The position numbers were made by a program, and so were the translations under genes. A DNA stretch of 32,000 nucleotides, taken from contig NZ_CP032551.1 in NCBI RefSeq assembly GCF_009734345.1, positions 630,001 through 662,000 of the forward strand, in the 5' to 3' direction. Source of the stretch: Pseudidiomarina andamanensis. GTDB lineage: Bacteria; Pseudomonadota; Gammaproteobacteria; Enterobacterales; Alteromonadaceae. The notes beneath the pieces are model-generated. The model was not told where the DNA came from. It ran no database searches and saw only the letters and a list, made by a program, of their open reading frames with translations. This document shows positions 9,842 through 19,696 of this stretch, in pieces (position 1 is the first letter of the stretch; each line of letters begins with the position of its first letter).

Positions 9842-9901
9842 GGTGTCCCCCTTGTCGAATTATTATTGTTGTCGTTCGCAATCTAAACTAGCTTGCCCAG
9901 A

Positions 9902-11032
9902 TTAACTGCGCAAGCTATTTGCGATTCCGTAAATAGCACTCAGTACGTCAGCACCGAATTGTTGGCTACGATTCGCTGACCAGCCGAAATCAGCATCAGG
10001 CAAGTTCGCATTATCTTTGAATGGCATTTCCAAAGTAAATGCTAAACAGTTAAAGCGTTCGCTAACTGCGTTACTTGCCACGGTTAGGTTCGCCTCGCCT
10101 GGCTTATCTACTTCATAGCCATATTGAGTTTGAAACTCAGGAGTGATTGATAAGAGAATTTGTTTAAACTTCTCACCTAACTGATGGGTTTCGTTGTTGT
10201 AGCTAGGAACGCCCTCGCAACCGGCTAAGAAGTTGTATGGCAATGCTTCGTCACCGTGCACATCAAGATAAAAATCGACGCCAGTTTCTTGCATGGCGTT
10301 CAGCACGTAATACACCTCTGGGCTTTTTTCTAACGTTGGCTCAGCCCACTCACGATTTAAGTTAACGCCTGCAGCATTAGTGCGCAGATGACCGCGAACG
10401 CTACCATCAGGGTTCATGTTTGGTACAATGTAAAATACGCAGGTTTCGAGCAATTTACGCGCCGCACCGTCTTCGTCATCAAGCAAACGGCTTAAGAAAC
10501 CCTCCATAAACCACTCGGCCATGGACTCACCTGGATGCTGGCGTGCTGTCACCCATACTTTCGCTTTATGATCAGCCGGCTCACCAACAACGAGTAAGTT
10601 CATGTCGCGACCATCAAGCGTTGGGCCTAACAAGACATGCTCGCATTCAATTGACTGCTGAGCCCATTGGATAAGATCCATGTGGCGTTCGTACGAGTAT
10701 GGCGTAAAGTAAGCATAATAGACGCTTTCTTGATCTGGACTGTGACGAATAACAAGTTCTTTGCCGTTGTACTCGGTTGGCACACGGAACCAAGTTTCGC
10801 GATCGTATGAGGCCAGCGCTGAGTAATCTTTCCAACCGTCAGGATAAGCTGATTGGCCAGCGTTAGTAATCGTCATGACGTGTTCAACGCCCGGCTCGGC
10901 ATACAATTTAAAGTGAAACCATTGATAGAAATCAGATTGGTTATCTTTGCGAATGGCTAATTGAATTGCGCTTGGTTCATTTGCTTCAATAACTTCGATA
11001 TTGCCACTGTCGAACTGTGCCGTAATAAACAT
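9902..11032 (-). CDS. M14-family zinc carboxypeptidase (cytosolic carboxypeptidase-like, with an N-terminal beta domain)
   Basis: 376 aa. Zn ligands in RQHPGESMAEW (HxxE) and LDVHGDE. The N-terminus FDSGNIEV is typical of the M14 N-domain. Confidence 0.82.
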   Translation of the reverse strand: MFITAQFDSGNIEVIEANEPSAIQLAIRKDNQSDFYQWFHFKLYAEPGVEHVMTITNAGQSAYPDGWKDYSALASYDRETWFRVPTEYNGKELVIRHSPDQESVYYAYFTPYSYERHMDLIQWAQQSIECEHVLLGPTLDGRDMNLLVVGEPADHKAKVWVTARQHPGESMAEWFMEGFLSRLLDDEDGAARKLLETCVFYIVPNMNPDGSVRGHLRTNAAGVNLNREWAEPTLEKSPEVYYVLNAMQETGVDFYLDVHGDEALPYNFLAGCEGVPSYNNETHQLGEKFKQILLSITPEFQTQYGYEVDKPGEANLTVASNAVSERFNCLAFTLEMPFKDNANLPDADFGWSANRSQQFGADVLSAIYGIANSLRS

Positions 11033-11048
11033 GAAATTCCTCGCTTCT

Positions 11049-11081
11049 AAAAACAGAAAAGCGCCCTACTCAGGCGCTTTT
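11049..11081 (-). terminator. Rho-independent terminator downstream of the GAPDH gene
   Basis: Minus strand reads AAAAGCGCC-tgagtag-GGCGCTTTT followed by CTGTTTTT, just after the stop at 11094. Confidence 0.7.
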
Positions 11082-11093
11082 ACATGAATTATT

Positions 11094-12539
11094 TTACTTC
11101 GGTAGGTTCAGCAATTGTTGCCCAGCCATTTGCTCAGCAACACGAACTACCTGACAGCTATAACCGAATTCGTTGTCATACCATACGTACAATACCGCAC
11201 GATCTTCATCAACGATGGTCGCTTGTGAATCAACCACACCTGCATAACGCGAGCCAACTAAATCGGTAGAAACGATTTCAGTTGATGCGGTGTAATCAAT
11301 TTGCGCCTGCAGTTCTGAATGTAAGGCTTGATCACGTAAAAACGCGTTCAGATCATCCTTACTCGTCGCTTTATTTAAGTTCAGGTTCATGATCGCCATA
11401 GAAACATTTGGCGTTGGAACACGAATTGCGTTACCGGTTAATTTACCTGCCAACTCTGGTAATGCTTTCGCCACTGCTTTCGCTGCACCCGTTGAGGTAA
11501 GTACCATGTTCAACGGTGCAGAACGGCCACGACGCTCAGCTTTGTGGTAGTTATCAATCAAGTTTTGGTCATTGGTGTACGAGTGCACTGTTTCAACATG
11601 ACCATTGCGGATACCGTAAGCGTCATTGATAACTTTTAACACTGGCGTGATGGCGTTCGTTGTGCAGCTCGCTGCACTTACAATTAAATCTTCCGGCTGA
11701 ATGTCAGTATGGTTAACACCATAGACAACGTTCTTAATATCGCCCTTGGCTGGCGCAGTTAACAGTACTTTCTTCACACCCTTCGATTTTAGGTGCAAAC
11801 CAAGGCCAGCTTCATCTTTCCAGATACCGGTGTTATCGATGATGATGGCATCGTTAATACCGTACTGGGTGTAATCAACTTGATCAGGACCATCAGAGTA
11901 AATAACTTTAATACTGGTACCGTTAGCTTTTATTGCTGAGTTTTCATGGTCAACGGTGATTGAACCATTGAATGGGCCATGAATTGAATCGCGACGCAAC
12001 AAACTTGCACGCTTCTCGAGATCACCATCACGACCACCGCGCACCACAATGGCGCGTAAACGCATTTTGTTGTTGCTACCATTACGCTCTATTAGTAAAC
12101 GCGCTAACAAACGACCGATGCGACCAAAACCATACAAAACAACATCTTGTGCTGGAATTTCGTCAGCTTTATCAACGATATCAACCAGTTCACGTTGTAG
12201 GTAAGCTTCAATACTATCGCCTTTGCCGGCGTCTTTATGTAAGTAATTAAATGCTAATTTACCCAGGTCGACACGCGCCGGTGCCAATTTCATTTTGCTT
12301 AACGCTTCAATAAACGGGAAGCTCTCACGCAAACGCAGCTTCACACCCTCATGGCGACGGATTAACCGATGCGCTTTGATGATGTTAATGGTATCGACGT
12401 TTAGCAGCGAACGACCATAAACCAAGATTTCTACACCGTAATTGCGATACAAACGACCAATAATAGGTTGCATCATTTCGGCGTATTCTTGGCGTTCCTG
12501 CCAACTTGCTAGGGTCAGATCCTGTTGCTGATCACTCAT
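11094..12539 (-). CDS. Glyceraldehyde-3-phosphate dehydrogenase, long (~480 aa) form with an N-terminal extension
   Basis: Rossmann motif YGFGRIGR and catalytic SAASCTTN, followed by the C-terminal GAPDH domain (WYDNEFGYS). An N-terminal extension of about 130 aa matches the long Gap class seen in pseudomonads and other gammaproteobacteria. Confidence 0.9.
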   Translation of the reverse strand: MSDQQQDLTLASWQERQEYAEMMQPIIGRLYRNYGVEILVYGRSLLNVDTINIIKAHRLIRRHEGVKLRLRESFPFIEALSKMKLAPARVDLGKLAFNYLHKDAGKGDSIEAYLQRELVDIVDKADEIPAQDVVLYGFGRIGRLLARLLIERNGSNNKMRLRAIVVRGGRDGDLEKRASLLRRDSIHGPFNGSITVDHENSAIKANGTSIKVIYSDGPDQVDYTQYGINDAIIIDNTGIWKDEAGLGLHLKSKGVKKVLLTAPAKGDIKNVVYGVNHTDIQPEDLIVSAASCTTNAITPVLKVINDAYGIRNGHVETVHSYTNDQNLIDNYHKAERRGRSAPLNMVLTSTGAAKAVAKALPELAGKLTGNAIRVPTPNVSMAIMNLNLNKATSKDDLNAFLRDQALHSELQAQIDYTASTEIVSTDLVGSRYAGVVDSQATIVDEDRAVLYVWYDNEFGYSCQVVRVAEQMAGQQLLNLPK

Positions 12540-12682
12540 GAGGTTACCTTTCTGTTACGTAAATTTGACGGTTGCGTGAAAATTGGCGGCTATTGTACTG
12601 AAATACTCAGACGAGCGCCAGAATCTCTATAACTACTGAGAAGACATGATATAATTTTCAGCAAAACTAAAGGAGTAAAACT

Positions 12683-14119
12683 ATGTTACGGCGCACCAAA
12701 ATTGTCACTACACTCGGCCCGGCTACCGATGACCCAGCAGTACTTGAAGCCCTTATAAAAGCAGGCGCGAATGTTGTTCGACTAAATTTTTCGCATGGTG
12801 TTGCCGAAGATCATGAACGCCGTGCCAATCTAGTACGTGATATTGCCAACCGTATCGGAACTCATGTTGCGGTGCTGGGTGATTTACAAGGGCCGAAAAT
12901 TCGTATTTCTAAATTTGAAAGCGGTTCCATTACTTTAGATGTCGGTGACGTGTTTGTTTTAGATGCTGAACTTGATAAAAATGGTGGTACCCAGCAGCGC
13001 GTCGGAATTGATTATAAAGAGCTTCCGCAAGACGTAAGCGAAGGCGATATTTTGTTGCTTGATGATGGTCGTGTGCGCCTTCAGGTTGAAGATGTCAGTG
13101 GTTCACAAATTACCACAACGGTTACAGTCGGTGGCAAACTTTCAAATAATAAAGGTATTAATCGTTTGGGTGGTGGCCTTTCAGCTGCCGCACTTACTGA
13201 CAAAGATCTTCAAGATATAAAAACAGCGGCCAAGATCGGCGTCGATTATTTGGCGGTAAGTTTCCCAAGAAGCAGTGCCGACATTCATGAAGCGCGACGC
13301 TTGCTCCGGGCTGCAGAAGGTCGCGGCTTGATTTGTGCAAAAATTGAACGTGCAGAAGCAGTTGCAACAGATGCAGCTTTAGACGATATCATTCGTGCTT
13401 CAGACGCTGTCATGGTAGCGCGTGGTGATCTTGGTGTAGAAATTGGCGATGCCCAGTTGGTCGGTAAGCAAAAGCGTATTATCGAACGCGCTCGCCAGTG
13501 TAATAAAGTCGTCATTACTGCAACCCAAATGATGGAGTCAATGATTGAAAGCCCAATGCCAACTCGGGCAGAAGTTATGGATGTTGCCAATGCCGTACTA
13601 GACGGTACCGATGCAGTGATGTTGTCTGCAGAAACAGCAGCTGGTAAATATCCAGTAGCAACAGTGAAAGCCATGGCTGAAATTTGTTTAGGTGCGGAAA
13701 CGCATCCTAGCGTTACAATCGATAAGCATGATCTCGATGAGACGTTCACCTCAATTCAAGAAGCAACGGCGATTAGCGCTATGTATGCGGCGACTCATTT
13801 GGCCGGTGTCAAAGCGATTATTGCGCTTACCGAGTCTGGTTCGACGGCGAAACTTATGTCGCGAATCAATACTATCCTGCCGATTTTTTCATTATCACGT
13901 CACCAGGAAAGTCGTGCACGATGTGCTTTATACCGCGGTGTTTACCCTATTGCATTCGACTCAACGAAAAGCGAACCAAACCAACTCGTATTCGATGCTA
14001 TAAATGAAATCAAATTGCGGGGACACGTTGTACCTGGAGATTTGGTCATTCTTACGCATGGTGATGTCATGGAAACCGTTGGTTCAACAAATACCTGTAA
14101 GATTATTGAAGTAAAATAA
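12683..14119 (+). CDS. pykA: Pyruvate kinase II
   Basis: 478 aa, nearly colinear with E. coli PykA ([47 protein letters not shown]). AAAGGAG Shine-Dalgarno sequence lies 7 nt upstream. Confidence 0.93.
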   Translation: MLRRTKIVTTLGPATDDPAVLEALIKAGANVVRLNFSHGVAEDHERRANLVRDIANRIGTHVAVLGDLQGPKIRISKFESGSITLDVGDVFVLDAELDKNGGTQQRVGIDYKELPQDVSEGDILLLDDGRVRLQVEDVSGSQITTTVTVGGKLSNNKGINRLGGGLSAAALTDKDLQDIKTAAKIGVDYLAVSFPRSSADIHEARRLLRAAEGRGLICAKIERAEAVATDAALDDIIRASDAVMVARGDLGVEIGDAQLVGKQKRIIERARQCNKVVITATQMMESMIESPMPTRAEVMDVANAVLDGTDAVMLSAETAAGKYPVATVKAMAEICLGAETHPSVTIDKHDLDETFTSIQEATAISAMYAATHLAGVKAIIALTESGSTAKLMSRINTILPIFSLSRHQESRARCALYRGVYPIAFDSTKSEPNQLVFDAINEIKLRGHVVPGDLVILTHGDVMETVGSTNTCKIIEVK

Positions 14120-14137
14120 TTAAAGATATGAATTAGA

Positions 14138-14176
14138 GGCTCGCTTCCTTCTATGGGGACTATGCGGGCCTTTTTT
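14138..14176 (+). terminator. Possible terminator after pykA
   Basis: GGCTCGC ... GCGGGCC (one mismatch, 19-nt loop) followed by TTTTTT. The structure is imperfect. Confidence 0.4.
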
Positions 14177-14184
14177 ATGAGTTG

Positions 14185-15042
14185 TTATTTTGATGCGAAA
14201 TCATTAGCAAGCTCATTCATATCTTCTATATATCCATCAAGTTTTGATAATACACGACGGCGTTGACGATCAGTTAGTGACTCGTACATTTGATACATGA
14301 GTGCAATAGTAAGCTGTTGATTGTGTTCGATGTGAGCCACTAACTCTTTCGAACGTAATTGTTGCGGCTGATAAAACAACCTAAGTAGCTCCTGCTCAAA
14401 AATTTTTGGTTGTTGTCGCTTTTCTAAGGCTCGTGCAAATTCTTCTAACCACGCGCTATTGTAATCTAGCCAAAGCTCTCGGGTATCAAGTCGTTCCACT
14501 ACCCAACCATTAATCAGGCGCTCTTGTACTTTCGTTGTTTGCCCTAGCCAGCTTCTGGCGTTTTTCTCTGCGCGCCGGCGTATCTGCTTGACCCTTTCAG
14601 AACCATCAACCTCCAGCGACTCCTCTTGTTCCTCACGTTGCTTTTCACGTAAATTGGCCAAAAGTTCAGAAACTTGCTGGTCAGTTAATTGTGGCAGAAA
14701 CTCGAGAGCATAGGGTTCAACGCCGCGCAGCATGCGCTGCCAAGCAATCAAAAGTTGTTCATAAAGAGTAATCAGATCAGCTTCGGTTAACGTATCGTTG
14801 GCTATCTTGTCACGTAACTGCTGGAGCTGTGCTGAGTAATATGGCAGCTCAGAAGTTGCATGCCAATGATGGAGCGTCGTTATCGCTTGATCGACTGATT
14901 GTTCTTGCTGGCTATTAAGTGATACATAATCATTTAACTTCCACTCCACCAGTGTATCGGCGAAACGATACCCTAATTGCGTTGAGCAAGCGCTAAGCAG
15001 AAGTGTTAGTACAACGACAACTACAAGGCTTGCACGAGGCAT
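14185..15042 (-). CDS. Putative lipoprotein, helical and Gln/Glu/Arg-rich (possibly DUF6279-like; not verifiable here)
   Basis: Signal peptide with lipobox LLLSAC. Starts 12 nt downstream of the LytTR regulator stop on the same strand. Confidence 0.65.
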   Translation of the reverse strand: MPRASLVVVVVLTLLLSACSTQLGYRFADTLVEWKLNDYVSLNSQQEQSVDQAITTLHHWHATSELPYYSAQLQQLRDKIANDTLTEADLITLYEQLLIAWQRMLRGVEPYALEFLPQLTDQQVSELLANLREKQREEQEESLEVDGSERVKQIRRRAEKNARSWLGQTTKVQERLINGWVVERLDTRELWLDYNSAWLEEFARALEKRQQPKIFEQELLRLFYQPQQLRSKELVAHIEHNQQLTIALMYQMYESLTDRQRRRVLSKLDGYIEDMNELANDFASK

Positions 15043-15054
15043 AGGGTTACTCCA

Positions 15055-15882
15055 TCAGGAATTGAGGATCAGTTTCTTAATTCTATCTTTGTAACTACGG
15101 CTAACTTTTAGTTCTTTACCATTGCGTAAAATTAAATGGTACTCACCGTTCTGGCGGCTACATAGTTTCTCAACGTGTTCCATATTCACAATAGCTGAGC
15201 GATGAATACGTTGAAAGCGCTGAGGATTTAACTCTTCTTCTAGCTCCTTCATGGTGCGACGTAAAATGTGCGTTTCATTACAAGCATGAATACACATGTA
15301 GTCGCCGGCTGCATCAACCCATTCAATTGAATTAATAGCGACACGCGTGATTTCACCGCTTTCTTTTATCGCAATATGCTCTGGATAACGAGCGACACCA
15401 ACATCTTCACCACTTGCTAGGCGTTTAAGAATAGCTTCGCAATCTTCACCGGTCGCATCTGCTAATAAATTCAAGATACGATCTTGCTGAACTTTTTGTT
15501 CACGGGCGGCGAGATTTTTTTCAATGCGTTGAATACTTTGTGCTAATCGTTCGTGATCAACAGGCTTCAACAAATAATCAATTGCGCGCACTTCAAAGGC
15601 TTTAATGGCGTATTGATCATAAGCTGTAACGAAGACAATCAATGGCATTTTATAGCCATGAGCTTGCACTTCACGCAATAATTCAAAGCCGTTCATACCC
15701 GGCATTTGAATATCTAAAAACACTAAATCAGGCTGCTCACGTCCAATAACCTCCAACGCTTCTCGAGCGCTAGGACATTCTTGTAAGAGTTCAATTTGCT
15801 CGAACTCCTGCAGACGCACCACTAATCCACGTCGAGCGAGTGATTCATCATCGACAACCAAGGTGCGAATTTTATCAGTCAT
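15055..15882 (-). CDS. LytR/AlgR-family response regulator (receiver plus LytTR DNA-binding domain)
   Basis: Canonical receiver (LVVDDE, DLVFLDIQMPGMNG, FVTAYDQYA, DYLLKP) followed by a C-terminal LytTR domain. Confidence 0.9.
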   Translation of the reverse strand: MTDKIRTLVVDDESLARRGLVVRLQEFEQIELLQECPSAREALEVIGREQPDLVFLDIQMPGMNGFELLREVQAHGYKMPLIVFVTAYDQYAIKAFEVRAIDYLLKPVDHERLAQSIQRIEKNLAAREQKVQQDRILNLLADATGEDCEAILKRLASGEDVGVARYPEHIAIKESGEITRVAINSIEWVDAAGDYMCIHACNETHILRRTMKELEEELNPQRFQRIHRSAIVNMEHVEKLCSRQNGEYHLILRNGKELKVSRSYKDRIKKLILNS

Positions 15883-15884
15883 GC

Positions 15885-16958
15885 TTACTCTACCTGCTCT
15901 AATGGAATGCGAATTTCAATGCGTAAACCGCGCGGTTTGTTAGGTGTTAATGTAAATGAGTAATTCTTTCCGTACAAGGCTTGTAATCGTTCACGTGTGT
16001 TCGCCAAGCCGACACCGCCTGATTCCGACAAGCTTTCCAGAGGTTTCGTGCAGCCAGGACCGTTATCAGCAACAGTGATCAATAAATCTTCACTAAAACG
16101 CTGTGCACGAATAACAATTTCACCACCCTCTTCTAACTTGGCAATGGCATACTTTATCGAGTTTTCAATTAGCGGTTGCAAGAATAAACTCGGTACTAAT
16201 GCCTGCTTTACATCGTCATCAATATCAACAGTCACCTTCAAACGGTCGTCAAAGCGCACTTTCTCAATATCTAAGTACAGCATTAACGCATCTAACTCAC
16301 GCTCAAGCGGTATTTTCTTAATCGGTTCGTTATCCAAGCTAAAGCGCAGAAATAAGCTGAGCTTGGACATCATCCGATTAGCTAAATCATTTTCCTTTAC
16401 CAAAATAAGCGTCGAAATGGCATTGAGTGTATTAAACAAAAAATGCGGATTTAACTGATATCGCAACATCTTTAATTGCGCTTGATGTGCCATCGATGTT
16501 GCCATTAAAGCCTTTTGCTTCTCGTCTTGTAGCATCTGGTAGTACTTAATACCAAAATACAAGCCACTCCAGCTCAACATAATGTAAAACTTGGCAATTG
16601 TATTCTTAAAATAGAACCAATTACTGTCGGGGCTAAAGCCGAACTTATAGATTTCCCAGTAGGTGGCGTTATCGACTACCGCCCACAACGCCGCACCGAA
16701 ATAGCTCGCCGTCAGTACTACCAAAATCAACAACCACGGGCTGGCATCCCAAATCCGACGGTAAAGGTATCGAAGTGGTACCGTTAATAGAAACCCCGCA
16801 TAGGCTCCAAGTAGTAGAATTAACGCATAGATGTCACGCATCTCATGCATTAACGAGCCAATGTAATGAACTAAGGCATAGCCACTCCATCCGGCTGCCT
16901 GTAGCACCCAAAAAAAGCGATTACGGTCTTCTAATAGTTGTTTCCAATTGTTCAGCAT
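15885..16958 (-). CDS. Sensor histidine kinase, LytS/YehU-type (PF06580-like H-box plus HATPase)
   Basis: About five N-terminal TM helices, the H-box QLNPHFLFNTLNAI, and an ATPase region (DNGPG, GGVGLANTRERL). Separated by 2 nt from the response regulator gene. Confidence 0.88.
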   Translation of the reverse strand: MLNNWKQLLEDRNRFFWVLQAAGWSGYALVHYIGSLMHEMRDIYALILLLGAYAGFLLTVPLRYLYRRIWDASPWLLILVVLTASYFGAALWAVVDNATYWEIYKFGFSPDSNWFYFKNTIAKFYIMLSWSGLYFGIKYYQMLQDEKQKALMATSMAHQAQLKMLRYQLNPHFLFNTLNAISTLILVKENDLANRMMSKLSLFLRFSLDNEPIKKIPLERELDALMLYLDIEKVRFDDRLKVTVDIDDDVKQALVPSLFLQPLIENSIKYAIAKLEEGGEIVIRAQRFSEDLLITVADNGPGCTKPLESLSESGGVGLANTRERLQALYGKNYSFTLTPNKPRGLRIEIRIPLEQVE

Positions 16959-17109
16959 AAAGCCCCGAATGAGCGAAAGGAATTGATTTCATTATACCGA
17001 TTAAAATTCGACAAGTGACATCCTTCATCGCAGTTCAACTGCTATATAGCGCGCTTCACCCGTGCTAAGATATTTAACAAAAGCTAATTCAAGCATTTTG
17101 AGGACCTCT

Positions 17110-18891
17110 ATGCTGCATTATCTAATTCGTGTTCAAGATGCCAACGCACATACCTTTGCGGTAACAATTGACATCCCTATTGCGCAAGCCCAAGAAGCTA
17201 TCCATCTAAGTCTTCCTGCTTGGATTCCAGGTAGTTACATGATCCGCGATTTTTCAAAGAACATTATTGCGATACGTGCAGAACAACAAGGTAGCTCACT
17301 GCCCATTGTGCATTGTGATAAGCAAACTTGGCGTATCGAAGCGCCTGCAGCCGGCATTGTAAAAGTGAGCTACGAAGTTTATGCCTACGATTTAAGTGTG
17401 CGCAGCGCCTATTTAGACCAACACTGGGGCTTTTTTAATCATTCAAGCTTATGCATGGCGGTTGATGGACGTACCAATGAGACGTGCGGCGTCACTATCG
17501 CGGCACATGATGGTTGGCATGTGGCAACCGGAATGCCGCGGAAGCAAGGCCATCACTTCGGCCCAGGTGAATTCGAGGCAGCAAACTATGAGGCACTTAT
17601 CGATTATCCGGTGCTAATGGGACGTTTGGATATTCATGAATTCATTGCTGGCGGAATTAAACATTCCATGGTGTTTGCTGGTCGTCATTTTGGTGACGCA
17701 GATAGAATTTGCCGTGACGTAGCTGCCATTTGTGAATACCAAATTGAAATGTTTGGTCAAGAGCCGCCATTTAAAGAGTATTTATTCCTGACCATGGTTG
17801 TCGGTAAAGGCTTTGGCGGACTGGAGCATCGTAATTCAACAGCTTTAGTCTGCAGTCGGAAAGACCTTATCTTGCCAGGCAAAGCACAAATAGATACTGA
17901 TTACCGCACGTTTCTAAGCTTATGTAGTCATGAATACTTCCATAGTTGGAATATTAAGACACTGAAGCCGAAAACGTTTATTCCATATCAACTCGATAGA
18001 GAACATTACACCGAGCAATTATGGTTTTACGAAGGTGTCACGTCATATTTTGACGATTACGTTCTGCATCAAGTTGGACTCATCGATGCCCCGACCTACC
18101 TCGGCTTAGTTGGTGAAACCATTGCACGAGTTCAACGCGGTGCTGGCGTTGACAAGCAAACCGTTACTGAATCGAGCTTTCATGCATGGACCAAATTTTA
18201 TAAACAAGATGAGAATTCTCCTAACAGCATCGTCAGTTATTATGCAAAAGGTGCATTAATCGCCTTGTGCCTTGATTTGACCTTACGTCTCGAGTCCACT
18301 CAACAAGTCACCTTGGGCAAACTCATGCATGATTTGTGGCATCGCTATGGCAAAACCGGACAAGGTACGGACGATAATACCGTGGTTGAGTTTATTCGCG
18401 ACAGCTACGGTATTAATTTGTCAGGCTTCATACATCACGCGCTCTACACCACACAGCCGCTGCCAATTATCGAGCTACTGAACAAGTTTGGAGTGCAGGT
18501 GAAACGCGAAGTAGGTGCCGACGATAACAGTTATGGCGGCAAACATGCGGCAAATCAATTACCTGTCGCCCTTGGTGCAAAATACAAAGCTTCCAATCAG
18601 GGCTTAGAGTTACAGGTGGTTTTTGACGCTGAAGCGGCCCAAGCTGCGGGACTCAGCGCGAACGATAGAATCATTGCAATCGATAACTTGCAAGTCACCG
18701 ATAGCAATGTCAAAGAAGTATTTGAGCGTTATAAACCTGAACAACAGGTTGTTGTACACGCGTTTCGTCGTGATGAATTAATGCAACTCACACTAACTTG
18801 GCAAGCGCCTAAACAAACCAATTATCTGCTAAGTGTTAACGCAGCTCAGCAGGTACAGGGTTGGTTGCAGTTGTCGAAAAATGCTCAATAA
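17110..18891 (+). CDS. M61 family glycyl aminopeptidase-like metalloprotease with a C-terminal PDZ domain
   Basis: HEYFHSW zinc motif followed by ...WFYEG..., and a C-terminal PDZ-like segment (GLSANDRIIAIDN). Start set at the ATG at 17110 (MLHYLIRV), which has GAGGA upstream. The track start at 17062 is a GTG extension. Confidence 0.82.
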   Translation: MLHYLIRVQDANAHTFAVTIDIPIAQAQEAIHLSLPAWIPGSYMIRDFSKNIIAIRAEQQGSSLPIVHCDKQTWRIEAPAAGIVKVSYEVYAYDLSVRSAYLDQHWGFFNHSSLCMAVDGRTNETCGVTIAAHDGWHVATGMPRKQGHHFGPGEFEAANYEALIDYPVLMGRLDIHEFIAGGIKHSMVFAGRHFGDADRICRDVAAICEYQIEMFGQEPPFKEYLFLTMVVGKGFGGLEHRNSTALVCSRKDLILPGKAQIDTDYRTFLSLCSHEYFHSWNIKTLKPKTFIPYQLDREHYTEQLWFYEGVTSYFDDYVLHQVGLIDAPTYLGLVGETIARVQRGAGVDKQTVTESSFHAWTKFYKQDENSPNSIVSYYAKGALIALCLDLTLRLESTQQVTLGKLMHDLWHRYGKTGQGTDDNTVVEFIRDSYGINLSGFIHHALYTTQPLPIIELLNKFGVQVKREVGADDNSYGGKHAANQLPVALGAKYKASNQGLELQVVFDAEAAQAAGLSANDRIIAIDNLQVTDSNVKEVFERYKPEQQVVVHAFRRDELMQLTLTWQAPKQTNYLLSVNAAQQVQGWLQLSKNAQ

Positions 18892-19696
18892 CTAGAGCTG
18901 GGTCAAGCCGTTGATGACGCCAATTGATGCGCCAATCAAGGTGCGGCCCAGTGACTCGCCCCGTTGCACCAATATCTGCAATTCGTTGTCCCTGCTCGAC
19001 TTCATCGCCAACAGCGACATGGAGTTTATGTAAATGAATGTACGTGCTGGTGACACCAAAACCGTGATCAATAATTAACGTGCCGCCCGAATAAAATAAA
19101 TCATTCTCAGCAACAATCACTTTTCCAGCCCATGGTGCAATGACCGGGCTGCCGGTTGGTGCGGCAACATCAAGACCAAAATGCGGATTGCGAGGCGTGC
19201 CATTGAAAATACGCTGACTACCGTAAACACCGCTAATACGACCTTTCGCAGGCATGATAGCTGGCTTTAAAAAATCTAGGCGGTCCGTTAATGCATCATT
19301 TCGTGCTTTCCACACCAAAGCCGCTTCGCGACGCGCGCGCTCTTGCTGTTGCGGATCTGGCGTCACAGTTCGTTGTGGCACACCGTCGACCCGGTCAATC
19401 TTATATTCGCGCGGTGCGATTTCAATAACTCGTTTAAACTCGCGACCTTCTTCGGTAAATAATGACAGAGTTTGAGGACCATGTTGGTCGCGCCCAAATC
19501 CAAAAACAACACGGTTATTTGGTGTCATTTTTAACGCTTGTCCATTAAGTTCAACACGGCTTGCACCGGTTATTTCAGCGATAATTAAACCACCAGACAT
19601 TAATGCACCGGACAACTCCGCCTTAGGCGTTTCTGCCGCGACCTCACCAAACCAACAACTTAATGTGATAAGCGCTAACGTCGTGAATTTACGCAT
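18836..19696 (-). CDS. M23 family metallopeptidase (LytM-like), secreted
   Basis: Signal peptide MRKFTTLALITLSCWFGEVAA. Contains the HxxxD motif (NPHFGLDV) and the HxH region (TGPHLDW). AAGGAG Shine-Dalgarno sequence present. The ATG overlaps the upstream gene's stop. Confidence 0.85.
   Translation of the reverse strand: MRKFTTLALITLSCWFGEVAAETPKAELSGALMSGGLIIAEITGASRVELNGQALKMTPNNRVVFGFGRDQHGPQTLSLFTEEGREFKRVIEIAPREYKIDRVDGVPQRTVTPDPQQQERARREAALVWKARNDALTDRLDFLKPAIMPAKGRISGVYGSQRIFNGTPRNPHFGLDVAAPTGSPVIAPWAGKVIVAENDLFYSGGTLIIDHGFGVTSTYIHLHKLHVAVGDEVEQGQRIADIGATGRVTGPHLDWRINWRHQRLDPALVIEHFSTTATNPVPAELR

Noticed and set aside
12540-12682. A shared operator (HexR- or Cra-type) in the divergent GAPDH/pykA intergenic region. 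Candidates were a TTACGTAA palindrome and TGTACTGAAATACT.
   Set aside because: The candidate sequences do not match the half-site spacing that I recall for HexR or Cra. The 8-bp palindrome sits in the gap 5' UTR next to the Shine-Dalgarno sequence. I cannot support a call without a position weight matrix scan.
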